A DNA stretch of 64,000 nt from sequence record NC_049851.1, one strand, 5' to 3'. The notes below the pieces were generated by a model. The model was not told the origin of the DNA. It did no database searches and worked only from the letters and a program-made list of their open reading frames with translations. Shown here piece after piece: positions 1 through 9,356 of the stretch. A program made the position numbers and the translations under genes. The first letter of the stretch is position 1; each line of letters opens with the position of its first letter.

Positions 1-1
1 G

Positions 2-199
2 CCAGAGCCTCCGTGGCAAGACATTCAGGGCACCGACACGTGGACGTTCGCATACACGCAGACGGGCCACAGCGCTCAGGGCAGTCAGTGGGACAAGACG
101 CTGATCGTCGACGAATCCGACGTGTTCCCGGATCAGAAATGGGAGCACTTCTACACGCAGTTGACACGGACCGCCGTGTCGGCAGAGATTTACCTTTAA
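2..199 (+). CDS. C-terminal end (partial) of SF1B Dda/RecD-like helicase
   Basis: Manual translation of frame 2 (not in ORF track): ...TFAYTQTGHSAQGSQWDKTLIVDESDVF...FYTQLTRT...*. Matches degenerate SF1 motifs V (AYAxTxHKSQGSEW) and VI (YTAxTRA). Confidence 0.8.
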   Translation, partial: PEPPWQDIQGTDTWTFAYTQTGHSAQGSQWDKTLIVDESDVFPDQKWEHFYTQLTRTAVSAEIYL

Positions 200-208
200 G
201 GGGGCAGC

Positions 209-1099
209 ATGTCCAAACTCGTAACCGTGCAGATCAAGCCACGGTCGTTTCTTCAGAAGAAGTTCTCCGCTGGTCGCATGTGGTTCTTAGCCGAGCCCAT
301 CACCATTGACGGGGTGCACAACGGCAACTACGAGGTTGCTATCGCGGGCGGTCGGCACGTGATCAGTGGCCGTAGCCTGAACGTTCAGACGTGGACCACT
401 AACGAGGAACCAGTAGAGTTGCTGACGCGCCTAAACGGCTACATCTACTCGACGACACCGGGTCATGGTGACTTGATACTGCGGCCCGAGGACATCCAGC
501 CTCCGTCACCGCCCGAGCGTACGTTCGTCATGATCGACATCGAGAGTCTGGGGCTGCGCGTAGGATCGCCTGTCCTTTCTATCGGTGCGTGTGCCATGCA
601 ACGCGGTCTCGGCATCATCGACGAATTCAGCGTCGTGCTCGATCTTCAAGAGCAACTGGACAAGGGCGCTAAGGTAGAGGCCGACGCCTTCTACTGGTGG
701 CTGCGCCAGCCCGAAAAGCCGCGTCTGGCCATCGCAGGCCCCGACGTGAAGTACTCGACGCTGGAAGAGGCGCGCGAGCAACTGACCCACTTCTGGGCGC
801 GCGTAGAGGCCCACCCGTGCGTCGTGGATGGCAACGTGTTCGCGATGGCCCTAGGCAACGACTTCGACCTAGCACAACTCGACCTGTGGTTCAATGGCAA
901 CGTGCCATGGCACTACCGCGACAAGGTGTGCCTGCGCGCCCTGATCAACACGCACCCGAACTCGGTGGTGTGGGATAGCGAGGACAACTTCGGCAAGGAT
1001 CGCGAGGACCTGCACACTGCGCTCGGGGACGCGAAGGCCCAATCCCGGATGCTCATGCGCATGATCGCCCGACATCCCGAAATCTCGCAGGTGGTGTGA
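209..1099 (+). CDS. DEDD 3'-5' exonuclease (Rv2179c/ExoVIII-like) with ~100 aa N-terminal extension
   Basis: FVMIDIESLG (ExoI), GNDFDL (ExoII), HTALGDAKAQ (ExoIII). Confidence 0.85.
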   Translation: MSKLVTVQIKPRSFLQKKFSAGRMWFLAEPITIDGVHNGNYEVAIAGGRHVISGRSLNVQTWTTNEEPVELLTRLNGYIYSTTPGHGDLILRPEDIQPPSPPERTFVMIDIESLGLRVGSPVLSIGACAMQRGLGIIDEFSVVLDLQEQLDKGAKVEADAFYWWLRQPEKPRLAIAGPDVKYSTLEEAREQLTHFWARVEAHPCVVDGNVFAMALGNDFDLAQLDLWFNGNVPWHYRDKVCLRALINTHPNSVVWDSEDNFGKDREDLHTALGDAKAQSRMLMRMIARHPEISQVV

Positions 1100-1326
1100 T
1101 GACGAAGAAACAGAAGGCTCCGGGCCTGCGTCTGCAACTGCTGTCGGACGGCAGCACCGCCCAGTACCTCGAAATCTCGAAGCTGGCGACGCCGCACGTC
1201 GAGAAGGAGTTCATCCACTTCGACAAGCTGCCGGACGGCACGTGGCGTCTGCTCATCAACGTGCGTGACGAGAACGGCAAGCAGATTGCGACGCCGGACA
1301 TCCACATCATGGAGATCATGCGGTGA
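1096..1326 (+). CDS. hypothetical protein
   Basis: Overlaps both neighbours' stop/start codons (translational coupling). Start may be 1099. Confidence 0.7.
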   Translation: MMTKKQKAPGLRLQLLSDGSTAQYLEISKLATPHVEKEFIHFDKLPDGTWRLLINVRDENGKQIATPDIHIMEIMR

Positions 1327-1688
1327 GCGAGGATAGCAGTGACTGGGTAGGCGTCGATTTTGATTCGACGCTTGCTTATCTGGACGAGTGGCAAGGAAAG
1401 TTTCACCTTGGCAAGCCTATACCGGCCATGGTAGCATTCGTCCGCAGTTTGCTCGAACAGGGCAAGGAAGTGCGTGTGATGACGGCCCGGGTGTGCCCGG
1501 ACCCCGACTACACTGAAGAAGAACTCGAAGAGATTCATCGCCTAATCGAGGATTGGACTGAAGAGCATATCGGCACTCGCTTGAGCGCCACGTGTATGAA
1601 GGACCGGTACATGATCGCGCTCTTCGACGATAAGGCATTTCACGTGACCCCGAACACGGGGATCGTTCACATACCGGAGGATGAATGA
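1323..1688 (+). CDS. small HAD-superfamily phosphatase-like protein
   Basis: GVDFDSTLA (DxDxT motif I), MTAR (motif II), LFDDKA (motif IV). Confidence 0.75.
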   Translation: MSEDSSDWVGVDFDSTLAYLDEWQGKFHLGKPIPAMVAFVRSLLEQGKEVRVMTARVCPDPDYTEEELEEIHRLIEDWTEEHIGTRLSATCMKDRYMIALFDDKAFHVTPNTGIVHIPEDE

Positions 1689-1930
1689 AGTCCATTAAAT
1701 TCCAACGGCGCTGTAGCAGCGGCACGGAGTTTTACGAAATGCCGCTGGAAGAGGGCAACTACGGCATCGTCTACAACGGTGGTCCCACACTCGGTATCAA
1801 GTTCTTCTCCGACGACGGCACCGAATGCCTGTACGTCGAGTTGCCGAAACACGCTGCCGACAAGATGGCCGAGTACATCACTCAGGCCGACCGCAACCAT
1901 CAACTCTACAAAAACCTGAAGGAAATCTGA
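1685..1930 (+). CDS. hypothetical protein
   Basis: Coupled ORF (ATGA overlap at its start, TGATG overlap at its end). Confidence 0.65.
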   Translation: MKSIKFQRRCSSGTEFYEMPLEEGNYGIVYNGGPTLGIKFFSDDGTECLYVELPKHAADKMAEYITQADRNHQLYKNLKEI

Positions 1931-2634
1931 TGTTCAACGTCGACCCGCATTACGAAGCAAAGCACATTATTCGCGACACGTTCGAGCCTGACCACGCCGA
2001 CTATCTGCTGTCGGCCATGTCGCAGGGGCTGCATACGGCAAACCCGTACCACAACGTGGAGCATCAACTGCATGTCGCGTACTGGGCCCACGTGTGCGCG
2101 CTCAACGAGAACTCGTTGCTGGCCAAGCCTAGCAATCGCTATCTCGTCGAAAGCGATATCAAGGCGCTCCTGCTGGCCGCCATGTTCCACGACCACAACC
2201 ATTCGGGCGGTGTCGAGAACGATCTCGTCAACGTCCAACGCGCGATCCAGCGCGTGATGAGCCGCGACATCGCACTCATCATGGAAAACGAAGGCATCGA
2301 CAAGACGAAGGTGCGCAACCTGATCCGCGTCACCTGTTTCCACGAAGGCGAGTTCCGGCACGCGCCGAAGAATTTGCTGGAAAAGGCGATCCGCGACGCC
2401 GACCTCATGATGGTCTACACGCAAAGCGGCGCGGACGTGTCGACCGGCCTCATGTACGAGCAGAAGGGTGCACCCACTGGCTGGGTTCAGCGCTCGTACG
2501 AATTCCTGAGCAGCGCGAAGATGTTCACGCGTTTCGGCCAGATCGCACAGGCCCAGCACCTGAAAGACGCGTGTGCCGCGTGGAAAGAACAGCATGACCA
2601 GATCGTTGCGTACAACGCAGCCGCTGGAAAGTAA
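1930..2634 (+). CDS. HD-domain metal-dependent phosphohydrolase (PDE-like motif spacing)
   Basis: NPYHNVEH...AAMFHDHNHSGG...IRDADL. Start is the ATG at 1930 overlapping the upstream TGA; the ORF track's 1825 start is an extension. Confidence 0.85.
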   Translation: MFNVDPHYEAKHIIRDTFEPDHADYLLSAMSQGLHTANPYHNVEHQLHVAYWAHVCALNENSLLAKPSNRYLVESDIKALLLAAMFHDHNHSGGVENDLVNVQRAIQRVMSRDIALIMENEGIDKTKVRNLIRVTCFHEGEFRHAPKNLLEKAIRDADLMMVYTQSGADVSTGLMYEQKGAPTGWVQRSYEFLSSAKMFTRFGQIAQAQHLKDACAAWKEQHDQIVAYNAAAGK

Positions 2635-2663
2635 GACAACGCAACAATTACCCTTGAGGTTCT

Positions 2664-3239
2664 ATGCTGGAGAAATCCAAACCCGAGCGCTGGAAGGCTA
2701 TTTCGGGTTTCCCTGACTACATGGTGTCTACACACGGTCGCGTGAAATCTTTGGCTCGTGCAGTTACGTTCGAACGTGCTGGGCGCAGCGTGACCAGAAC
2801 AGCACCGGAGAAAATCCTGAAACAGCAGGATCACACGCAGGTGTACAAATCTGTTAGCCTGTACCGGGGTGGGCACCAGCACCTTATGCTGGTGCATCGT
2901 CTTGTTGCTGATGGGTTTGTTAAAAACCCCCAAAACCTTCCCGTCGCTATGCACGGCGACGACAACAAGCACAACAACCACTATAAGAACCTGACGTGGG
3001 GAACGCACAAGAAGAACGTGCAGGATGCTCACGCCAGTGGCTTGGCCAATACCGCTCGCGGTTCGCAGGCGGCAAAGGCCGTGGTAAATGAGGCGCAAGT
3101 GCTTGAGATTGTACGGCTTCTTAACTCCGGCGTGACTCAGAAGGAGGCAGCGTCTATGTATGGCCTGTCAAGGAGTTCTGTGTCACATATAAAGCTCGGC
3201 CTTAGCTGGTCGCATATAACCGGAATTGGGAGGTCCTAA
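2664..3239 (+). mobile_element. free-standing NUMOD4-HNH homing endonuclease with C-terminal HTH
   Basis: WKAISGFPDYMVSTHGRVKS (NUMOD4); VHRLVA...AMHGDDNKHNNHYKNLTWGT (HNH_3); C-terminal HTH QKEAASMYGLSRSSVSHI. Confidence 0.9.
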
Positions 3240-6200
3240 ATGTTGGAACGTGAATTCACCTTCGACCCGGCACATGACCTGATCGACAAGCGCGATCCGT
3301 ACAATCTGGTGATCCACCAGTGCAACGGTTGGGCGCAGAACAAGCGTCGCATCATGATCGTGTGCCAGTTCGTAGACTCGCGCGACCTGAAGGCCGGTGA
3401 AATGCTTGGTGACCGGGGGACTCGTCTTCCGTTCATCAACGCCATGAAATACGGCAACAAAATCGCGCGGTCGTACGCAGAAGACAAGAGCATTCCGCAG
3501 GCGTCCTATACGGTCATCAACTGGGCCGCATGCAAACACTTGAACCTCGGCACCGCGCAGAAGCGCGAAATGGAAGTCGCCTTCGGTGAGCGGATCAAAA
3601 AGGCGATCAAGAAGTTCCGGCCCACGCACATCCTGTTCTCGGGCGACGAGGCTATCCATTCGGTGTTCCCGCAGATCAAACACCCGCAGTACAAGCGCGG
3701 GTGGGTGCATCAGATGCAAGTCGGGGAAGAGAAGATCAAGGTCGTGTCGACTCTCGACTTCTTCCGCTTGCTCGATAAACAGGGCGAGCACGCAAACCTG
3801 TTGGGCTTCTGGTGCCGCCACTTCGCGAACCTCGTGATCGGCCGCAACCCGCACAACATCGCGGACCTGACGCCGACACCGAAGTACATCAAGACGCTGG
3901 ACGAGTTCACGCTCTTGATGAAGAAGTTGTACAAGGCAAGCGAAGTCGCGTTCGACACGGAAACGCGAAACTTGAGTGTCCTGTTCAACAAAATCCTGAC
4001 CATCCAGTTTGCGATGGATACGAACCCAGACCGTGGGTACGTGGTGTCGGTAGATCATCCGCTGGCCCACTGGACGAAGGAAGAGCGGCTGCACATCAAG
4101 CGCGAGTTGAAGAAGTTCTTCAGCGCCAAGAAGGGGCCGATGCTTCTCACCTTCAACGGTATGTTCGATTTGCGGGTCGTGCGCCAGCAACTGCGCATCC
4201 CAATCATCTGGCATCCGGTGTGGGAGATCACGTTCGGTGAGCACGCGCTGGACGAGAACATTTCGTCGCTCAACAAGGTGTGTAGCATGCCTGACGAGCA
4301 GTTGAAGGACTCGTCAAAGTTCGGTGGTCTTCGTCCAATCCTGTGTTCGTACGGCAACGACTTCTACTTCAGGGATGACACGGAGTTCGGTAAGGGTGAT
4401 CGCGGAAACATCGCGAACATCGACCCGCAGAATCCGGACTTCTTGATGTATGCGGCGATGGACGTTCAATCGCTGCTGCGCATCAAGCAGGAGCAGTTGC
4501 GCCGTGCGGACCGGATCATGCTCGCGGGCAAGGTCTGGCGTCCGCATTACGAGCGCCATATGATTCACCAGATGGGGTGGACGGCTCACCAGCTTTCGCA
4601 CCTCAAGCAGGACGGGTCGAAGATCAGCAAGTCGTACCTGCGCACCCTGCTCTCGAAAGAAGGGCCCCTGCGTAAGGAGTTGCGTCGAGCCATTGCCGAG
4701 TTCCGGGTCTACAAGGAAGTGCGTCAGGCAAACTCGGAACTGCTCAAGGAGTCGGGCTTCAAGGCCGGGTTCCTGTTCGGTGCGGCAAAGGCAGCAGGCA
4801 ACTGGATGTTTAAGCTGAGTCGAACGCCACACAAGGCGAAACTCTTCTTCGATATCTTGGGGTTGCAGCCGCTGTCGAAGACGAAGAGCGGGAACGATGC
4901 TATCGACAAGGAGTTCGTGGCCCATTACCGGGACAAGAACAAGATTGTCGGGCTGTATGGTGAGTATCAGGCGCTGACGAAGTTGTTGAGCACGTACGCG
5001 CGTGGCTGGTTCAAGCGATTGACCACCAACATGGACGCGGCAAAGGACAACCACCTTCGACCCGACTACTCGGTGTGGGCGGTTGTGACCGGGCGTCTGG
5101 CGTCGATGGGTCCGAACCTCCAGCAGATTCCGAGCCGTGGGAAACTGGCCAAGATCATCAAGAAGATGTTCGTGAGTACTCCGGGCTATCTCATGATCCG
5201 ATACGACTATTCGGCACACGAGGTGCGAATCTGGAGTGTTGCATCAGGCGACGATGCGCTGGCCGAGGCGTTCCGTGCGGGCCAGAAATTGCGGCAGGCG
5301 TACATCGCGGCCACGACCGACGAAGAGCGGGCCGAGATCAAGGCGCAGTTGAAGACGAAGGGCGACATTCACATCCAGAACGTCTTCCGATTCTTCAAGC
5401 AGTGGGTGGACAAGGACCATCCGCTGCGACATGCGATTAAGGCGGTTGTGTTCGGCGTGCTGTACGGTAAGTCGGCCAAGACGCTGGGCATCGACACGAA
5501 GCAGTCTGACCTTGGTGCAATCAAAGGCCAGATCAGTACGCTGTACGAAGAATCGTTGAAGCCTGAGACCGATAAGAAGCGAGTGGCCGAGATCAACCGG
5601 CTGATCGAAGAACTCGATCTGAAGCTGACGGCACTGATCGAAGAAGATCGGACGCCGTACGCACAGGACATCATCGACAAGATGTTCAAGGCGTTCCCGC
5701 AGGGTGCGACGTGGACTGAAGGCATGCAGCGCATGGCAGAAGAAGAGTACTACGTGTACAGCCCGAGTGGTCGTCGCCGGTTCTTGCCCGCTGCTATGAC
5801 ACAGGATCAGCAGATCGTTGCGCAGCAGGTGCGACGCGGTTCGAACGCCCCGATTCAGGGTTTTGCATCCGAGATCGGTGTGCGGGCTGGGCGCGAAATT
5901 CTGGAGGCGTACTACGATGCGCTGCCGCAATTCCGCGAATGGCTTGGGCTCGAAGGCACAGACTGGGACTGGCGTGTCCTGTTCAACCGGACGGTGCACG
6001 ACGCGAACTACTACAGCGTTCCGTACGCTATGGTGATCCCGTTCCTGCATATGATGCAGTATCAGGCGACGTATGGTGTGACGGCCGCGTTCAAGCGCGA
6101 CTTCAACATCAAGTTCACCATCGAGCCTGAGATCGAAGCCGAGATCATGGGTGCGAACGATACGGAAGGCAGTGCTTGGGACTGGAGCCTGAACAACCTG

Positions 6201-6410
6201 ATGGACTCGCTAAAAGCCGCACTCAAGAGTCAGGCTGCGGCCGGTCTCCTGAAAGGAACGGAAAGCGAAGTGTTTGAGCAAATCGTCAAACCTTGGCGCT
6301 CGAAGAAAATGCGTGGCTGGTTGCAAGAGAACTATCCGATGTTGGACGTTCGTGATCTGGACACGCAGATTCGTGGTGCCCTGAAACACGCTGACAAGGA
6401 GGCTGCATGA
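3240..6410 (+). CDS. polA: family A DNA polymerase with degenerate N-terminal UDG-like domain and 3'-5' exonuclease
   Basis: Exo motifs AFDTET, FNGMFDL, YAAMD. Pol motif A RYDYSAHEVR, motif B RHAIKAVVFGVLYG, motif C TVHDA. N-terminal KKFRPTHILFSGDEA...RGWV resembles UDG-fold domains of SPO1-type polymerases. Confidence 0.93.
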   Translation: MLEREFTFDPAHDLIDKRDPYNLVIHQCNGWAQNKRRIMIVCQFVDSRDLKAGEMLGDRGTRLPFINAMKYGNKIARSYAEDKSIPQASYTVINWAACKHLNLGTAQKREMEVAFGERIKKAIKKFRPTHILFSGDEAIHSVFPQIKHPQYKRGWVHQMQVGEEKIKVVSTLDFFRLLDKQGEHANLLGFWCRHFANLVIGRNPHNIADLTPTPKYIKTLDEFTLLMKKLYKASEVAFDTETRNLSVLFNKILTIQFAMDTNPDRGYVVSVDHPLAHWTKEERLHIKRELKKFFSAKKGPMLLTFNGMFDLRVVRQQLRIPIIWHPVWEITFGEHALDENISSLNKVCSMPDEQLKDSSKFGGLRPILCSYGNDFYFRDDTEFGKGDRGNIANIDPQNPDFLMYAAMDVQSLLRIKQEQLRRADRIMLAGKVWRPHYERHMIHQMGWTAHQLSHLKQDGSKISKSYLRTLLSKEGPLRKELRRAIAEFRVYKEVRQANSELLKESGFKAGFLFGAAKAAGNWMFKLSRTPHKAKLFFDILGLQPLSKTKSGNDAIDKEFVAHYRDKNKIVGLYGEYQALTKLLSTYARGWFKRLTTNMDAAKDNHLRPDYSVWAVVTGRLASMGPNLQQIPSRGKLAKIIKKMFVSTPGYLMIRYDYSAHEVRIWSVASGDDALAEAFRAGQKLRQAYIAATTDEERAEIKAQLKTKGDIHIQNVFRFFKQWVDKDHPLRHAIKAVVFGVLYGKSAKTLGIDTKQSDLGAIKGQISTLYEESLKPETDKKRVAEINRLIEELDLKLTALIEEDRTPYAQDIIDKMFKAFPQGATWTEGMQRMAEEEYYVYSPSGRRRFLPAAMTQDQQIVAQQVRRGSNAPIQGFASEIGVRAGREILEAYYDALPQFREWLGLEGTDWDWRVLFNRTVHDANYYSVPYAMVIPFLHMMQYQATYGVTAAFKRDFNIKFTIEPEIEAEIMGANDTEGSAWDWSLNNLMDSLKAALKSQAAAGLLKGTESEVFEQIVKPWRSKKMRGWLQENYPMLDVRDLDTQIRGALKHADKEAA

Positions 6411-6823
6411 TCGACAAAACCCTGTCGGCAGAGCGGGTAGGGGAAGAACTGCTATGGCAGATTTACGTGGAGCCGGAAGAAATGACGGCAGAGCAGTTGA
6501 ACGGTGAGGGCGAACAGCCTGACTACTACGCTCTCTACCTCACGGAGGCGGCCCACGGACATTTCAACATGCAGGTGGTGTTGGCGCGCGTGTTGCCCGG
6601 TGAGCCTGACCTAGGTGACATATACGTCTACGATCATGAAGTGTACAGCACGTTCGTATACATCGCGCCCGGCCGTCGTGCCGACGCGGAGGAACTGCTA
6701 TGTGACATGATCCGCATGCTCAGCGCCGGGAACGTAATCAACCCGATTGAATTGACACACGCGTTCGGTGGGATGGTGCGCGGTCGCCCGGTGCAGATGG
6801 GCACCATGCATCCGACCCACTGA
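6407..6823 (+). CDS. hypothetical protein
   Basis: ATGA overlap with pol; GGAGG RBS. Confidence 0.7.
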   Translation: MIDKTLSAERVGEELLWQIYVEPEEMTAEQLNGEGEQPDYYALYLTEAAHGHFNMQVVLARVLPGEPDLGDIYVYDHEVYSTFVYIAPGRRADAEELLCDMIRMLSAGNVINPIELTHAFGGMVRGRPVQMGTMHPTH

Positions 6824-7543
6824 GTGCACTTAACGCTAGACGTTCACATGACACACATTTATGGGTCACTAACTATCGACGCGCAGTCGTCGATGCCAGT
6901 GCTGCCCGTGCTAGACGTTGAACACGTCATGCATGGTCAGCACACCAACTCGTGGTACAAGGGCCAGTGGTCTATGGCACATGTGCCGGGGACCGCCCAC
7001 ACAGTGGTGGCGCTTCCGCAGCGCGGTAAATTCATGGACGTGTACACTGCGTCCGCTGATCTGGAGCGTACGGAAGCAATCGGTCAGCACATTGCGGACA
7101 GTCTGCGCGATCTCGATTCGAAGCATGCGGGCTCGCGGTGGCTGTACAAGCTGCACATGCTGATGCAGGAAACTGGTGCCGACGTTCCGTACACGTCGAT
7201 CATCAACAACATGAGCGAGCATGCGTCGTTCTCGCTCCTGAGCCAAGGGATTGACCTAGGGGTCTACGGTGTATATGATACGGTTAATCGTAGCGTACAA
7301 CTCGTGTGGACTACCGATCCCGACTTCGTTCAGAGGACGCGGGCAACGGAGCCCACGCGGTATCTTTTCCACCGCTACCCCGTAGTCCGTGACCGTCCCT
7401 TGTTCATACACACAGAGAACGTGTGTGCCAAGTGGTACGTGTGGAAGCAAGCATTCACGAACGTTGACGGGGTTCTCAAGGCATTCAACGTGCTCGAAAA
7501 CTTTCTCTTCAAGAATCCAGAAGTAGCTGAAATCCGGAGGTGA
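6824..7543 (+). CDS. hypothetical protein
   Basis: 239 aa ORF filling the gap between coupled genes. Confidence 0.7.
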   Translation: MHLTLDVHMTHIYGSLTIDAQSSMPVLPVLDVEHVMHGQHTNSWYKGQWSMAHVPGTAHTVVALPQRGKFMDVYTASADLERTEAIGQHIADSLRDLDSKHAGSRWLYKLHMLMQETGADVPYTSIINNMSEHASFSLLSQGIDLGVYGVYDTVNRSVQLVWTTDPDFVQRTRATEPTRYLFHRYPVVRDRPLFIHTENVCAKWYVWKQAFTNVDGVLKAFNVLENFLFKNPEVAEIRR

Positions 7544-7547
7544 TCTG

Positions 7548-8615
7548 ATGGGCGTATTGTCTCAAGAACGCCTCGAACACATCCGGCAGCAACTGGCCAT
7601 GCTTCCTAATGCAAAGCGTGGTGGCGCAAACCGGATCATGGTCTGCTGCCCCTATCATGGGGAGTCAAACCCGAGTGCCGGTATCTGGACGGAGGGGCCC
7701 TACGCCGGTCTCTTCCGATGCTTCGCGTGTAAGGCACGTGCCAAATGGGACGAGGTGGCTCCGAAGCTGGGGCTGAAGGCGTTCTATGATGGGCCGCCGC
7801 GCGAAGAGAACACGTCGAATCTGTTGATGAGTCGACTGAAGCAAGTCGAGGCCGCAACGAGCGCCGTGGACGCAATGCATGAGCGGGGTTACCGCGAAGA
7901 GAAGCTGAAGTTCTCGCGACTGGCCCCCAACAAGAAGTGGCGCACGATACCGACCAACCTGCTTCTGGAGTTGGGCGGAAAGATGTGCGTGAAGTATCTC
8001 GACGACTACAACACGTGGTCGACGACGAAGTTCATCTACCTGCCGGTCATGATCCGGGGCGAACAGCGCGGCTATTTCCGGGCCCGGCTCAAGAAAGACG
8101 AGAGCGGTAAGAACCTGCCGTCGTACCTGTTGGCTCCGGGCACACGAGGCTCGAACTGGTCGTCTCAAGACGGCCTGTGGCCCTACGATCATGCGATAGG
8201 CATGATGAAGAAGATGAAATCCAAGACCGTGGTATTGGTCGAAGGGCAGCGCGACGCACTGCGTCTGATCTTGGCTGGAATACCAGCCATGTGCATCTTC
8301 GGAACTCAGTCGTGGTCAACACATAAGGCGCGTCACCTCAGCCTCGGAGGCGTGAAGCGCGTTGTACTTTTCATGGACGGTGATGCCGCTGGCTTCCACG
8401 CAACGGAGCACATCAAGCCGAGCCTGAAGAACGAGGTTGAAGTGCGGGCTCTCTCACTGTGGAAGATGAAGGGCTCCCCGCTGCTTCCGTATCTCGAAGA
8501 CCTCGAAATCGACGATGCTACGAAGGCCGCAAAGAAGGACGGCGTGACGCTATGGGACCCGGGTTGCGTCCCGGATCGTATCATCAACCGTCTCCGTGAG
8601 AAGTATTTCGAGTGA
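7548..8615 (+). CDS. dnaG: DnaG-type DNA primase (CHC2 zinc finger + TOPRIM)
   Basis: CCPYHGESNPS...FRCFAC zinc finger; VLVEGQRDAL and LFMDGDAAG TOPRIM motifs. Confidence 0.9.
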   Translation: MGVLSQERLEHIRQQLAMLPNAKRGGANRIMVCCPYHGESNPSAGIWTEGPYAGLFRCFACKARAKWDEVAPKLGLKAFYDGPPREENTSNLLMSRLKQVEAATSAVDAMHERGYREEKLKFSRLAPNKKWRTIPTNLLLELGGKMCVKYLDDYNTWSTTKFIYLPVMIRGEQRGYFRARLKKDESGKNLPSYLLAPGTRGSNWSSQDGLWPYDHAIGMMKKMKSKTVVLVEGQRDALRLILAGIPAMCIFGTQSWSTHKARHLSLGGVKRVVLFMDGDAAGFHATEHIKPSLKNEVEVRALSLWKMKGSPLLPYLEDLEIDDATKAAKKDGVTLWDPGCVPDRIINRLREKYFE

Positions 8616-8622
8616 GGACAAG

Positions 8623-9009
8623 ATGCTTTTTCTGAAGAAGTATGCGATTGAAATAGTGCTGCTGATCGCGTTTGCAGCGCTTTGCGTTATGGTCGGCTAC
8701 GGCCACGGCTACAAGTCCGGTTGGGCTGCGCAGCAGGTCACCATCGACAAGATGGCGAAGGACGAAAACGCAAAGCGCGACAGCGACAACGGCCGTCTGA
8801 ACGCGGCCGAGCAGCAGGCACCGAAAGTCGCTGCGCAGGTCGCAACCACGGTACAGACGAAGGTCGAATATCGCGACCGCATCGTTCGCGAGTACTACGA
8901 AAAGACTCCCAGTGCTGAAACCTGCAAGTGGGCAGTCCCGACGATCAACCTGATCAACCAAGTCATCGACGGCCCGAGCCCGGCGTCGGACGCAGCAACG
9001 GAGAAGTAA
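8623..9009 (+). CDS. i-spanin (Rz-like)
   Basis: N-terminal TM helix (IVLLIAFAALCVMVG) followed by a helical periplasmic region; directly upstream of a lipoprotein. Confidence 0.75.
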   Translation: MLFLKKYAIEIVLLIAFAALCVMVGYGHGYKSGWAAQQVTIDKMAKDENAKRDSDNGRLNAAEQQAPKVAAQVATTVQTKVEYRDRIVREYYEKTPSAETCKWAVPTINLINQVIDGPSPASDAATEK

Positions 9010-9010
9010 C

Positions 9011-9319
9011 ATGCGATTGACAAAGACCGCCGTTTGTGCAATACTCACGGCCGCAGTACTTTCGGGCTGCGGAACCGCGCCGACACCCAGCACACCGGTT
9101 CTCGTGAGCGAGAAGCAGTCGCTCAACATCGATCCGAAGTCGCTGGATTGCGACGGATTGTCAAAGCTTGATCCGTCCAAGCCATACGGTGAGAAAGAAC
9201 AAGTCAAGGCCATCGAGGTATGGGCCAACGAGTTCGACACGTGCCGCCTGAAGTTCCGTGGGTTCGTCACCCTCGTCACCCCGCTCCTGCGCATCAACCA
9301 GCCTGCCGCTAGTAAATAA
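9011..9319 (+). CDS. o-spanin (Rz1-like lipoprotein)
   Basis: Signal peptide with lipobox LSG-C; Pro-rich mature N-terminus; further Cys residues. Confidence 0.78.
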   Translation: MRLTKTAVCAILTAAVLSGCGTAPTPSTPVLVSEKQSLNIDPKSLDCDGLSKLDPSKPYGEKEQVKAIEVWANEFDTCRLKFRGFVTLVTPLLRINQPAASK

Positions 9320-9320
9320 G
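9307..9320 (+). promoter_or_regulatory. recurring motif CGCTAGTAAATAAG (class A, candidate phage promoter)
   Basis: Identical 14-mer at 16661-16674. Core TAGTAAATA also at 18270 and 60976. Confidence 0.55.
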
Positions 9321-9356
9321 AGTGGTAGCTACCCTATAACCCCATAGAGGATCAAC

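Noticed and set aside
2634-3240. HNH as part of a group I intron or intein splitting the polymerase
   Set aside because: The upstream HD gene is complete, pol begins with its own ATG right after the HNH stop, and flanking gaps are too short for an intron core. The pol and TerL insertions lack intein Cys/Ser...His-Asn ends.
1930-6410. Z-genome (DatZ-like HD + DpoZ-like PolA) or uracil-DNA system
   Set aside because: No PurZ or other modification enzyme in the window, HD motifs look PDE-like rather than DatZ-like, and ThyX implies normal dTMP synthesis. Cannot be excluded for the rest of the genome.
6824-7543. Possible Ntn-hydrolase/glutamine amidotransferase-like fold (…RPLFI… segment)
   Set aside because: Only a faint resemblance, with no N-terminal Cys nucleophile; left as hypothetical.
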